Shown: piece by piece, positions 12,897 to 24,666 of the stretch | Position numbering within the stretch: position 1 is the stretch's first letter | How the letters are laid out: the number at the start of each line of letters is the position of its first letter | NCBI RefSeq assembly: GCF_025526975.1 | Contig: NW_026515668.1 | Location: 1,116,001-1,180,000, forward strand | Direction of reading: 5' to 3' | Source: Fimicolochytrium jonesii | Lineage: Eukaryota | Length of the DNA stretch: 64,000 nt | Notes under the pieces: generated by a model | What the model was told of the DNA's origin: nothing | The model's database searches: none | Seen by the model: only the letters and a program-made list of their open reading frames with translations | Translations under genes and position numbers: made by a program

Positions 12897-15800
12897 TCAG
12901 AGCTCGTCTTCGACGTGTTCCGTTCCTGTCTCGTGCGCTACCGCTGCCCGCGGGCCATGATCTGCTGTCGCGTCGTGCTCCCCTTGCTGAGGGGGTACTG
13001 CAGGGATGTTCCCTCCTTCTCCTGCTGTTCCGCTGGCATCACCGGCATGGGAGTGCGCGTGGGCCGGCTCACTTGCAGGGTCAACCACCCCTTCCTCGTG
13101 TCCCGTCCCCACATCGTCTGCCGCCGCGACGGTGCTTCCCGTCTGTTTATTCACTCCTCCCACAATCTCGTCTGCTTCAGCCAAAGCAGGAGCAACAGCT
13201 GGGTGTCCCACGTTCACGTTCGCCACTTCAGGTGCCGGTGGCGGTGGGGGAGGTAACACGGGTATCTCTAACACCGGCACGGTTCGTTCCTTCGCCACCG
13301 GCGGTGGTGCTGATTCAGTTGACTCAGTTCCGACCGTCGTTCCTTCTTCTTTGAGCGGTGGGGCATTAAGCATATCTCCGTCCGTTGCTACCGATGCCGC
13401 CCCCGATGCGGGTTCGTTCACTTCCTGCTCGTGGTGCTGGCGACCATCCTCTGCGACATGCTCAACATCGCGTGCCCGTCGTCGGACAGGTGGCGGGACC
13501 GGGGGTGCGCGTTGGTTCATTTCCTGCTCACTCTGCGCCCCACCAGCCAGAGGTGCGGTGCGCGCTGATTCATGTTGCTGTTGCGCTACTTTGGGTATTT
13601 CCGGGACGGGTGGGATATCAGACGAGTAAACCGGGTCCTCTCCGGTCTGTGTCGAATCGGGGAATTTAGACGCAGCAGCCGGTTCAACGCCGGCGTTCGG
13701 TATGACCCTTGTCTTGACATCCTCCAAAACTTGTTTCGCCGCATCCGTCCCAGCGGATGCCGCAGAGCTGACCACCGACGCTATTTTGGTGACAGCAGCA
13801 GCCGGCGGAGCATGTTTCGGTTCCGTCGGGAGAGACTGCGCGGTATCTTGTTTGCGTGCATCAGGGATCGGTGTGCCAGCCAGACTCGCCTGCGCTTCGT
13901 GCACAGCCTCCTTCACAGCGCTAACGATCGGTGCGGCTTGAGTAGCTGCCGCTTGCGGGATTCCGCGAATAGGCACAGCATCCTGTGCCGCGCTTACGAC
14001 CGGTGCGGCTTCAGTAGCTGCCGCTTTCAGGATATCGCGAATAGGAGTGGTGTTCGCTTCCGCATCCGTACTTTCGTCCCTGACGTCCTTGATTTGTGCT
14101 TCAGCAGTGTGGCGAGCATAAGCGCCAATCGTCTCCCGGGCGTCATGAGCGGCCCGACTGACTTGCGAGGAGCCTTCGCTGATAACGGAAACCGCGCTGC
14201 TGATTACCGATTTGGGGATGTCTCGGATCGGGATGTGTTGAGCTTCGGCTGCGGGGGTGTTCTGAGCAATGTTATCCTTTTCGATAGGTGTAGCAACTCT
14301 GCCTGGCTCGGTGGCCACAGGCTGTCGAACGGACGGCGTCGACACCGGGGGGTTAGGCTGGATTGTCTGTGAGTGAGTAACGCTCTCGGCAGCGAGTACG
14401 ATGTCAGACTGGTTGTCTTTGGACACCGCTCCGGCAGGCGAGTCTTGGACAGGCTGTTGACTTTCTGAGCCCTTAAGAAAGACTTCCTCGGCGCCGCTAC
14501 CTCTCGCATACGCAGGCTGGCCAGTCGTGACCTCAGCGGCATTCGCTTCAGCTACCACGGTGCCTGCAGATTCCGTCGATTCAGAAGGCGTAACTCCCGT
14601 GGTTCCGGATACAGGAGCCAGCTCGGTCCGCTTATGCGGAGGCGCAGAGGTAACGATGCTTTCCGTGCCGTACGGTACGGTGGCAGTCGTGAACCCCGGA
14701 CTGACTTGGGAAGGCAAGTCGTCGACAGAGGTAGCTTGACTAGCTTCATTCTTTTCAGCACCGGTACCGCTACGCACCGCGGAATCATCACGCAAAATCT
14801 CGCTCTCTGCCTTCTCATCAACAGCAGCGGCGGACGTAGTCTCCCACCACGCTTTCCCCTCACCCACCTTCCTCCCCACAACCCTAACAGCAACCTTCCC
14901 ACGTTTCGCGGTCCATTTCAACCCCTGCCCAATCCCGGGCGCTACATCGCCTACAAACTTCTCCGCCGCGCCGTGCCAGGTGCCCATCATCGTGTTCCAG
15001 CCAGGCACGACGGTCTTGCACATGCCGTCGTAAGGGGCACCCTGATGTGCGCGTAGGTGGCTCGGGGAGCACAGAACGTAGATGGTCGAGTAGGTGATGA
15101 ACCAGGCGGTGAGGAAGAGGGTTGTGAAGCTGAGGAAGGATGAGAAAATGCTGCGAGATTTCGTGGGCTGGCCGTATGCTTGTTTGGAGTACTGCTCGAT
15201 GGGCCAGAACTCGGGGTCCCAGCTGGTAGTCGAAGCAGCGGCCGCGACGGGCTGGCCAAAAGCAGCGGTGGGAGGAGCGATATCCGCCATGAACTGAAGG
15301 TTATGGCCGAACAGCATCCGTAGCACCTCCTCTGCGTTAGAGCTGGTAGGGTTGCTGACCAGCATCTGCCGCGCGGAGTCCATCTGCATCCTAACATGGC
15401 TCAATTCGTTCTGTGCGCCTTCGAGCTCGGATCGCGTGTAAGAGAGCTCCTCGTGCGTCTGCGCCAATTCGGTCGCAGTGTCATCGTTGCCGTGAAGGGC
15501 ATGCAGGCTCATGCCGAAGGGAGGCGGCGGGATCCCGGCAGGAAGCGGGACAGCATCCAGTCCATCACGCTCTGCGCTCTGTGTGAATCCATACTCGGCG
15601 GCGTTCCCGTATGGAAGTGGCGGGGCATGCAGGCGAATAGGCGAAGTTGCCCGGTCCTCGAACACGGCGCTTCGCTGATCAGCATTGTCAGAACCCTCTT
15701 CGAGGCTCTGGCGCTTGGCAGCCATGTCCGCGCGGACGTTGGTGAGCTCGGTTCCTACAATATCTGCTTCGATCGTAAGCTCGGAGTCTGCTTCTATTTC

Positions 15801-18307
15801 CTCGGCGCGGGTAGAGGTCAGAGTTAAGAAGGTCGCGCGAGCAACTTCTAGCTCAGCCTGAACCATAGCGAGTTCGGCGCTTAGGGCGGCGCGGTCAGCG
15901 ATTGTATGGGTCGGTCGCTCTTCCACTTCCAGTAGCACACCGCGCACCACCAGGATCTCACGTCTCAGTCCTTGAATTAAGTCCAATAAGGACTGCTCCT
16001 CGCCATTGCTCTGTGATTGACCGGCGTCATCGTACAGAGAGCCGGCGATAGTGGCGTCGGCAAGTGCGCGCGCTTTGGCGTCGGCGTCTGCACGAGCCGC
16101 GACCAAATCCTGTTCTATTTCGAACAATTTCGACTTCATAAGCAGCATCTCCGCTCTCATCGTAGCCGGATCCTCGTCATCACCAGCATCGGGGATTTCT
16201 GGAGGTATCTCAGCGCCTTGCTCCATTATCAACCTCAACCTCGCAATCCGCAGCTTGACCCCCGCGATCTTCACTTTCAGGGCATCGGCCTGCTCTTGGG
16301 ACTCCCGCGCCAAGGCCAACTCTTCCCGTGCCAGATGGTATCGCTGCTCCAGCTCCTTGGCCTCTTCAACCCTCTTATGCGCCTGGAGGAGTTCCTTTTG
16401 AACGACAGCCATTCGCGCTTCAATGTTGCCTAATGTCTGCAGCCGGGTTCTGGTGTCATGAAGCTGTTGTTCGGAGGTGCGAGAAGTCTCCTGGAGAGCG
16501 CTCAGCTCGCTATGAGCGGCAGCCAGTGCTGATCGAAGGTTGACTAGCTCCCCTCCAGCATAGTCCAATTCTTGGCTCAGAGCCTCGAGCCTATCCCTGG
16601 CAGCTTTCCACTCGGCTGCGGATGTCGCAATATGGTGACGAGCGCGTCCGAGATCCGAACCTCGCAGGTCGTACGACGGATCCCATGTCACTTCAATAAT
16701 CACCGAGAGGGAGGCATACCAGTCCATCGATTCATTCAGCTTTGCCAGCTCTATCAGCTGCGGCCATCCGCAATCCAGATTGTCGTCCGTGAAGATGAAG
16801 CCCCCGGTGATGGTTTTGGAGGTCAGTGGCGTTTGGTTCTCGCCGGCTACTAACTTCATCGTCAGAGAAACGATTGGACGTGACCATGCAGCGCCAAGAG
16901 TCAACTCGGTCTGTGACTTAACAGGAAGCACGTAAGCGGAAAGATGAGACCCAGCGCCGTCTTTGTTTCCTTGTCTGAATATCTGGATTTTCCATTGGTA
17001 GTTCGGTGGACCAAACGGTTCGGACATGGTTTCGTCTTCAGTCAACTGAAGGAAACTCGGAATGTCCCACTTGTACTGATACACAGCCCAGTCCACGGAC
17101 TGTTCACCGACAACGTCGGCCTCAATATTTAGCGTACCGTCGTATGAAATGGCGTCGGATACATTTTGGATGTCCAACAGCTCGGGAAAGCCCCAACCCG
17201 ACATGGAAGCAGAGAAACCGGTGAATGATGATTCGGATGTATCGGCGACCAGGAAGTCCTCAGACGGATCTGGGATCCCGACTATGGGCGAACCGGGAAT
17301 CGCTCTGAGGGTGTTAGGAAAGAAGATTCAAGTAAATATCCATGCGGAACAAGGTAGAAGAACAAACAAGGTCCTGATTCGCCGCGTCCTCAACCCATGC
17401 GATGGAAGCCTACCTCCGTATCTTGATTGTAAACTCTGTGATCGGCCGATGCCACGCATCCCGCGCCGCAGCTTCCGACTCGTTTCTCAAAGGGCGGATG
17501 AATGCACTGATATGCGTTCCCGCGCCATCCCCTGCTCCTTTTGGGTATATCACAAGCTGCCATCTCCAGCTTGCAGGACCGAATGGCAACGATACCAACT
17601 TCTCGTCATCAGACAGCATGAATCCCTCGATCGCCCATGGGTATGATGCGAACAATCGTGACCTCACTGGAACGATGCGGTATTGACCCCCGCTGGCATC
17701 CCTGCCCTCCGGGATGTACGTGGGGCCGACGCCACTGCTGACCGTTTTAGCTAGTGCCGAATGGTGGAGATGCGAAACGGGTAGCGGAGGAGCGACGTGG
17801 TCGATGTTCAAGGAGCCGGCCCCATCGTTACCGACGGCCTGGTCCTGTTGATACACCACCCTGTCGAAGCCGTTGTCAAAGCCCGATTGCGCTTGCTTGT
17901 CTCCATTGTCGTAGTAGATGTTGTCGTCGCCCATCGGAGGCAGCGGTCCGTGGGCTGTCTGTGGTGATGTGTAGTCCGTCATCGCATTACCTTGCGCGTA
18001 GTTGCCGTTGGCATATGAGTACCCCGAGTCGTACCCATAGTTATAATCTGTCGCTGGTGGTTGGTTGGAATAATCTGACGGATTGGAAGAGTGGTTAAAG
18101 GGCTTTTCGGAAAGCGCTTTTGCGTCCTGGCTAGGTGATGTTGGTCATCGTCGCTGGCTTACCAGAGTACTGATTTTGTTCCGCATATGAAGTGGAAGCT
18201 GCGGCGAGCCCTCCTGGCCCTTGATGGTGCTGTTCGCCGGCACCGCTGGAGGGCATGGGTGGTTGACCGTGTTGCTGTTGTTGAAAGCCATCGAGGGCGT
18301 ACATCAT
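12897..18307 (-). CDS. Tandem MATH-domain, coiled-coil, single-TM protein with a long low-complexity tail ending in EDEL; three exons inferred
   Basis: Two MATH-like repeats (YPWAIEGF...PFGPASWRWQLVIYPKG...THISAFI and YKWDIPSF...PFGPPNYQWKIQIFRQG...SHLSAYV), a heptad-rich region, the hydrophobic segment FLSFTTLFLTAWFITYSTIYVLC and C-terminal HVEDEL*. Confidence 0.78.
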
Positions 18308-18544
18308 GTGCAATGAAGTTACAGATGAAACTTCGAGAAGTAGATGAAACGAATATGAGATGAACGACAGCCAAACCCGCTGACCCAGTATGTATAATAG
18401 TGGTAGGTGGGAGTGTTTGTGTGGCGAATATGCCTATGCCTATGTAGCCCAATGGGGGGATTTCTGCCAGACCTTCTCTCCGCCTTCTCTCGCCCCTGGT
18501 TGCGCGCTGCAAGTATACCAGAGCGTACATGTACAGTACAAGGC

Positions 18545-18650
18545 GTCGAAGAACACTCCCCTTCTTCCTGACTGGCCCCCAAGTTCCCCAGACTTGAATA
18601 TCATAGAGCGCCTCTGGTGGATACTCGAGCAGAAAATACACACTCATGAC
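18545..18650 (+). mobile_element. Tc1/mariner (DDE_3) transposase relic
   Basis: Translates as LLPDWPPSSPDLNIIERLWWILEQKIH, matching the Tc1-family WPxxSPDLNPIEN(L)W signature. No intact ORF or paired TIRs seen. Confidence 0.75.
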
Positions 18651-19165
18651 TACTCGGCGCCATCGTTGCCTGCGTATCATCGGGTAGGACGCATGAGAAT
18701 AGAAAATCGTCGTGGCAGAGACTTAAGATGTCGGACCAGAGAGTGTACATGTAATGTACAGTGTACCGCTAGTATATGGTAAGACCCCGTTCTGTTCTCC
18801 CACTCCTTCTTTCACAACTGATCGATACTTTCCTCACCCTTGATCTCCATCATCCCAACTGTATATCCGCCATGCCCGACTCCTGGCCTGCCTTCATCGA
18901 TATCCCAACGTTCGTGAGCAACCTCCCCGACGCGACATGTGAGGAGTACTTAGAAATGTTGGCGTCAACGGAACCCGCGGCACACCGACTGCTTGCCAAC
19001 AACACGTCCCAGCTTCCGAAACGGGAATACACGACGCTGCTAGGGAAGATCAAGAAGGCGCGGACGGTACGTACATGCGCACAGGTGCAACGAGAGTCTT
19101 TGGCAATTGTCGGGTTTCGCGGCATGCATCGTCCTCGTTGATAGTGGGGGAGGAGGTTTTCTTCC

Positions 19166-19426
19166 CGAAGTCCAATTCTCCTGGCAGGATCCTTTGGTAT
19201 TAATCTCAAGCTGTACCTGTCCAGTCAGAGCGAGTGCGCGAGCTTGGAGCAGGCTCGTATTTGTCCGTCCCACTTTTGGGGCCGCCCGGCATGGAAAGCC
19301 TAGGAAGGGGAAAAGGTTTTCGTGCAAAGCGCGAAGTCCAATTCTCCTGGCAGGATACTTTGGTGTTAATCCCAAGCTGTACCTGTCCAGGCAGAACGAG
19401 TGCGCGAGCTTGGAGCAGCCTCGTAT
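19166..19426. repeat. Imperfect direct repeat of about 95 bp (19166-19260 and 19332-19426)
   Basis: CGAAGTCCAATTCTCCTGGCAGGAT...GAGTGCGCGAGCTTGGAGCAG.CTCGTAT occurs twice, with starts 166 bp apart and a few substitutions. Confidence 0.9.
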
Positions 19427-19765
19427 CTGACCGTATGGATGTTCCTGGATGCTTCCGGCCGCCACAACAGAGTATTGGCTTGAAATTTCAATTTTTTGGG
19501 GTTAATCTAACGCACTACTTTCTCCATTTTGTTCGAGCGACACGATGCTGGAGATACCGCTTTGGATTACTTCTTTCCAGGATAGTCAGACCTTCGGGTA
19601 CAGGTTCGTGAGGCCAGCTCAAGCGCTCTTTTATCATCATTAATAACAGGTATATCTCTACATCTACATTATATACACACAGTACAGTGCACCATATTAG
19701 ATAGTCCACGAAGAGCAAAGATCTCACTTGGGAATCCCCAGTCATGGGAAGAAGGGGTTCGTTTA

Positions 19766-21294
19766 TCACTGATGGTTACGCTTGCCCTTGGGGAATGGCC
19801 CGTCCTTGGACGTCCTCTTGTATCCGTTTCCGAACCGGCCACAGTCGTCGTAGACGCCCGTGTCAGATTCCGCACAACAATTGTATTTGTACTTGGAACC
19901 GACAACGGTCGGGTCCTCACAGCACATGTTTTCAGTGCGGATCCACAGGAAGTTGGGGAAGTCGGCGTCCTTGCAGACGGGTTTGGGAGCGGGACCGGCT
20001 GTGGTGGTAGGGCGAGGAGCCTGGGTGGAAGTGGGAGCAGGGGCGGCGGTGGTTGGGCGAGGACCCCTGGTGGTGGTGGTGGGCTTGGGTGGTGGTGGGG
20101 TGGTATTGCAGGACAGAACCTCGTCGAGGTAGGCGGCCAGACGTACGGCACCTTTGGCGATCTGCTCGTCGACGGTGGTCTTGTACTTGTCGTAGTACTC
20201 AGCACCGAGGTCAGCGGTGGCCGAGTATCCCTTGTACACACGGGAGCAGTCGAGGCCGGAGGAGTCGGCGGCCCACTCCAGGGGGCAACGGTGCTGGGTG
20301 CCGGCATCGGGGTTCGCACAGGTCGCCCACGACTGCACGGAGGATGCGTAGTCGCCGGTCTGCACGCGCTTCAACGTCTTTGCTGCATAGGCATCGACTT
20401 GAGCCTGAGACACCTTCTGGGATGATTCAGATGTCGTACCGCCCATCGTCTTGACGAGGATGCTGCTGTCCCAGATCCAGTGCAGCTGGAGGCTACCATA
20501 CGGGGACTTGACTTGCGTATCGAACTGAGCGACGAGATCGTCGTTTCCACCGCGGTGGAAGCCACAGGCGTGGAGGGGTTGCGCGATATCACCGAAAAAG
20601 TGAATAAGGTACTTGAGCGCTTCAATCTGCTGGGTGGTGGGGTTACCGCTGCTGCACGCACCCTTGAGGATCTCGCCTTGCTTGCTGATGACGGAAACTA
20701 TGCAGGCGTCTTTGTCCTGGCCGGCGCAATCGCGCTCCATCACAGGAGTGCAAGTTCCCTTGCTGTTGTTGGGGTCGTTTGCCGGGTTCGCACCGGTGTT
20801 GATGTCGATGAAATGCCAGTTTCCGGTCCCGGTGGCCTTCTTGACTTCGTCGGCCCAGGTCGACTCCTTCTCCATCGTGTCGCTGCCGAGCAGGCGGTTG
20901 ACGACCTTCAGGGTCGAAGGCTTGATGAGGTCGCTGGCGATGGATCCAATGATCTGCAGAGAGGGAACGGTAACGTGAGTAAAATGTGGGGGAGGATTCC
21001 GGTGCGTCCCCGAGAGCCCTTGAAAATCCGAATGAGTTTCTCAAAAGCCCGAAAGCGCGCGAGACGGGGTGGTAACTGACAGCATCGCTGTCAATGAGTC
21101 ACTTTTGCGGTGCTAGCGCGAGAGCCCTCTGCTGGTCTTTTCCCCCAAAGCGGGCCGCCTTTTTCACTTTCCGTAGCGCTCTGTTCAGGCATTGGGACTA
21201 CTCGCCAACCTACCTCATGACCTTCCCGACCCCAGGCGGCGACGGAGGCGATTCCGTAGCTGGCGAGAGTAGCGAGAGCGAGTGTGACCTTCAT
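19766..21294 (-). CDS. Secreted S1/P1 nuclease with a Pro/Thr linker and a Cys-rich C-terminal module; two exons
   Basis: Signal peptide MKVTLALATLASYGIASVAA then WGREGHE|IIGSIA, followed by WADEVK, WHFIDI, ALKYLIHFFGDIAQPLH, GGND and LHWIWDS (S1/P1 zinc-binding motifs). Confidence 0.92.
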
Positions 21295-22966
21295 GGTTAT
21301 GATGCCGGGATGGGAGGGATGGGAGGGAAGGAAGGATAGCTGTGAAGGAGTGAGGAGGGAGGGCTTCGAAGTCTTCTGCTTTTATGGGATCAGGCGTTTA
21401 CGGATCACTGCCCATCCCCAGTCGAAAATATACCAGATGTCAGAGGGGGGTCCCGAGTTTGGGTCATTGGATGCTGTCAAGCATGGCCCGGATATCACAA
21501 CGTGGTGCAGAGAGGCATTTACACACCGATCTTCTCCGACGCTTGGGATCTTGAAATCTATCGAGGCCAACGATCATACCGTCACCGTGGCCGACGACTG
21601 CGCGCATCACAAGCTGGGTAAGAGCTCCGAGGGTAGAGGCGTACCGATTCGTTGGGTGGTGTGGATATCTTTGGAACTATCGAAAGGGAGGCGGGCTCAG
21701 GCGGTCGCCGCAGAAAATAGAACAAACCACGGTCGCCGTCGGCCGACCAGCCGCACCCAGCAAAATGAATGGCACGCTGGAAACAATCTATTACCGTAAC
21801 TTTCCTGAGAATGCCCGCGCTGGATGTGCTTTGTGCATTATTGTGAGAAAAAAATGCGCATTTGATCGGGTTGTATTTTTACAGTCAGGGGACATCAAGC
21901 TGTGCACCCCCGCTAACTGAAATCAATGTCGGTTACTCACGTGAATTTGGCGTTGCGGCAGTCGCTGATTTATTTTGTCACCTTACGGCCCCGGTCACGG
22001 GAATTGACGTAGCCGCGGCCTTGCACCCCACAACTGACTGCCAATTCCATGTCCAGACGCACGTTTACACCCAAAGCACATTGGCACGAACACAGGATGT
22101 GAGGAGAAAAACCTGCTCGTCATGCTTCCACTCCATTAGTTATGGTCGATCCACGGACTACGTCAATCAAGTCGTACATTCAAGTTCCTATCTGGCGATA
22201 GCATGCGTCAGGCGGTCCATGACTACGTGACCAGTACTGTCAGAGATCATTTGAGCGTTGTTCGCCATTTTCAAGGTGAACGAGCACTGACCCATGCCTT
22301 AAGAAGGGTTCTTTGATTTGCGGACTTTACACCTCTCAGGTGTCATTGGATTGCTCGTTTAGGGGTATGTATGTATGTATGATATACGTACTTGACAGCA
22401 TGTACGCGTTGTCGAATTTTTGATTTATGGACACTATACGATGTCAATTTCACGTCTAAAGGCCGCTCCACACATCGACGCCAATGAACTTGATCATATT
22501 TGCATGAAGGCCCGCATCAGCAGAAATGCTCAGAGAGGTTGGGAGATGGTATCGTTCAATTGAACTCGCCTTTGTCCTTCTTCGATTACCATCTCCCAAC
22601 CTCTCGAGGATGTGTGGAGCGGCCTTTGGTGTCAACAACATTATCGTTCAATGAGGTTACCGCCTCACGACTAACCTCCACTTGATTCTCGGCAATGTAC
22701 ACTGTGGGGTCCGGTCAGAAATCCCTTCAGGTACAAGAAGAAAAAAGATTCTCTGAGGGAGAGCGGAGCCATGTCGCCCACATTCATATCGACTGACGTC
22801 GTGAGCCGCATCTCCACTGGGTATCGCACGCAGCCTTAAAAACGATGCCGAAGCTGATCCGCCGCCGTCGCATCAACGGAGTTTCCATCTATCTTGCTTT
22901 CTTAACGTCTAGGAGAGTCGACTTCCGGACAACTGTAGCCACTCCCCCCCTACGAGAACGTTTAAA

Positions 22967-24200
22967 ATGAAGCTCTCCTTGGCAGTCCTCACGGTGTTCG
23001 GCCTCGCTCTTTGTAACAACGGCGTCACCGCTCTACCTTCGGGCGCTTTGTCCGTAAGTGAACTGTTCCTTGCATCAACAATTGCGCGGCTTTATGTACT
23101 CATGCACGTCCCATTCTCCGCAAACACTAGCGCCGCGAGGACGCTCAGGCTGCTGGCGTCAACAAAAAACAAAACGAGCATCACAATAACCAGCATTATC
23201 AGGACAACAAAGACTACCAGAACAACGATAAGAAAGCCTTTTCCCACCAGCAGGACAATCAGCAGCATCAGGCAGCTGCTAAAAAGACCAATCAGAAGGA
23301 TCTCCAGGCTGATTGTTTCCTCACTTACGAAAACTGGTACGCATGCTGTTCCGGCGGCATGTTCACTATCTGGTTCCTCAGCATGGCCCATTGCTCTTCA
23401 AAAATTGTACTTACGATTGTTCTTCATCTCGGGTGCACTAGGAACGACTACGTTGATTGGGATCAAAGCTCCGAGGATGATAAGAAGAAATGGGGAAAGG
23501 GCAAGAACAAAAAGAACAATGCAAAGCAGGCTCAGCAGCACTGCGTCTTGACGTTCGACCAGATTCAGACCTATGAGAAGTATGGTTCAAGCATTCGCCC
23601 CTCCATTGATGGACATCGAATACTAACCTCTTTTGATTTGTCATATCCAACCCTGTAGAATTCAGAAAGACCGCAAACAGCACGAGAACCAGCAAGGCTA
23701 TAACAAGTATGTACATGAGGGCCCTTCGTCTTGCGTTGTTTACCGCATGCTCACAGGCGCTTCGACGAAGGAATGGCCAGAAATACGTCGATAATCAGCA
23801 GGTCAATGACAAGGAGAGCATCGATCATCAGCTCATCACCGTCGAGTACGTGGTCGACGACCTCGGTGGCACTTACCTTTCCAGACATCTCCCTTCAGTT
23901 CTAAGTGCCCAGCTCACTGACTACTGCCTTTCCTTCCAACCCAACAGGAGGTACTGCGTCGCCTATTACAACACCAACTGGCAGCAGATTGAGGGACAGG
24001 TCAACCCTCAGAAGAAGGATGCTAGCAAGCTCAAGCAATACGCGTTGAACAAAGGCCAGGATTACTACAACAACAACCTCAACAAGAACAAGAACAATCA
24101 ACAGCTCCAGACCCAATGCATGGTCTTTGAATTCCAGATCTCGGCCTACGCCCAGTGGGCTTTGAATTACAATGACGGTTACGCTGACGATTACAAGTAA
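22967..24200 (+). CDS. Secreted Gln/Asn/Lys/His-rich protein of unknown function; six exons inferred
   Basis: Signal peptide MKLSLAVLTVFGLALCNNGVTA. GT-AG splicing gives a continuous frame RREDAQ...QADCFLTYENW|NDYVDW...HCVLTFDQIQTYEK|...|RYCVAYYNTNW...QCMVFEFQISAY...YADDYK*. Confidence 0.75.
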
Positions 24201-24666
24201 GCATGCAAATCCAATTGGCATCGTACGTCTTAAGGAACCATCCATTCATTAAAGCATCCTTTTTCCAAAGAAAAAAACTCGCCAACTATTACTGAAACCA
24301 CGTCAAACGCAAAGGCCGCGATGAGGTTTCCCGTGTTCACGCGATATTCAGATACATAGGGCAGAACATGTCATTTTTCTGATATCGGAAAGCACACGAG
24401 CTGTCTTCTGGAAGAGGATGTAATCAGCGATGATGGATAGGGCCGCTCATATAATCGGATGCACATTCGATTTCCTCGAACGGCCTCTTCTGGCGTGTAT
24501 GCATGTAGGCATTGTTTGTGTAGGCCTTTCTGATTTTTTGTTTCATAATCCTTTCGATACCGTACTCGGTTTGCTGCTCCTAACTAGTTAAAATACAATA
24601 CATGCAAATATAATGAAGGGAATCTACCATTTCCGAAGCGTCAGTAAGCTCCAAGCGTTCCGCAAC

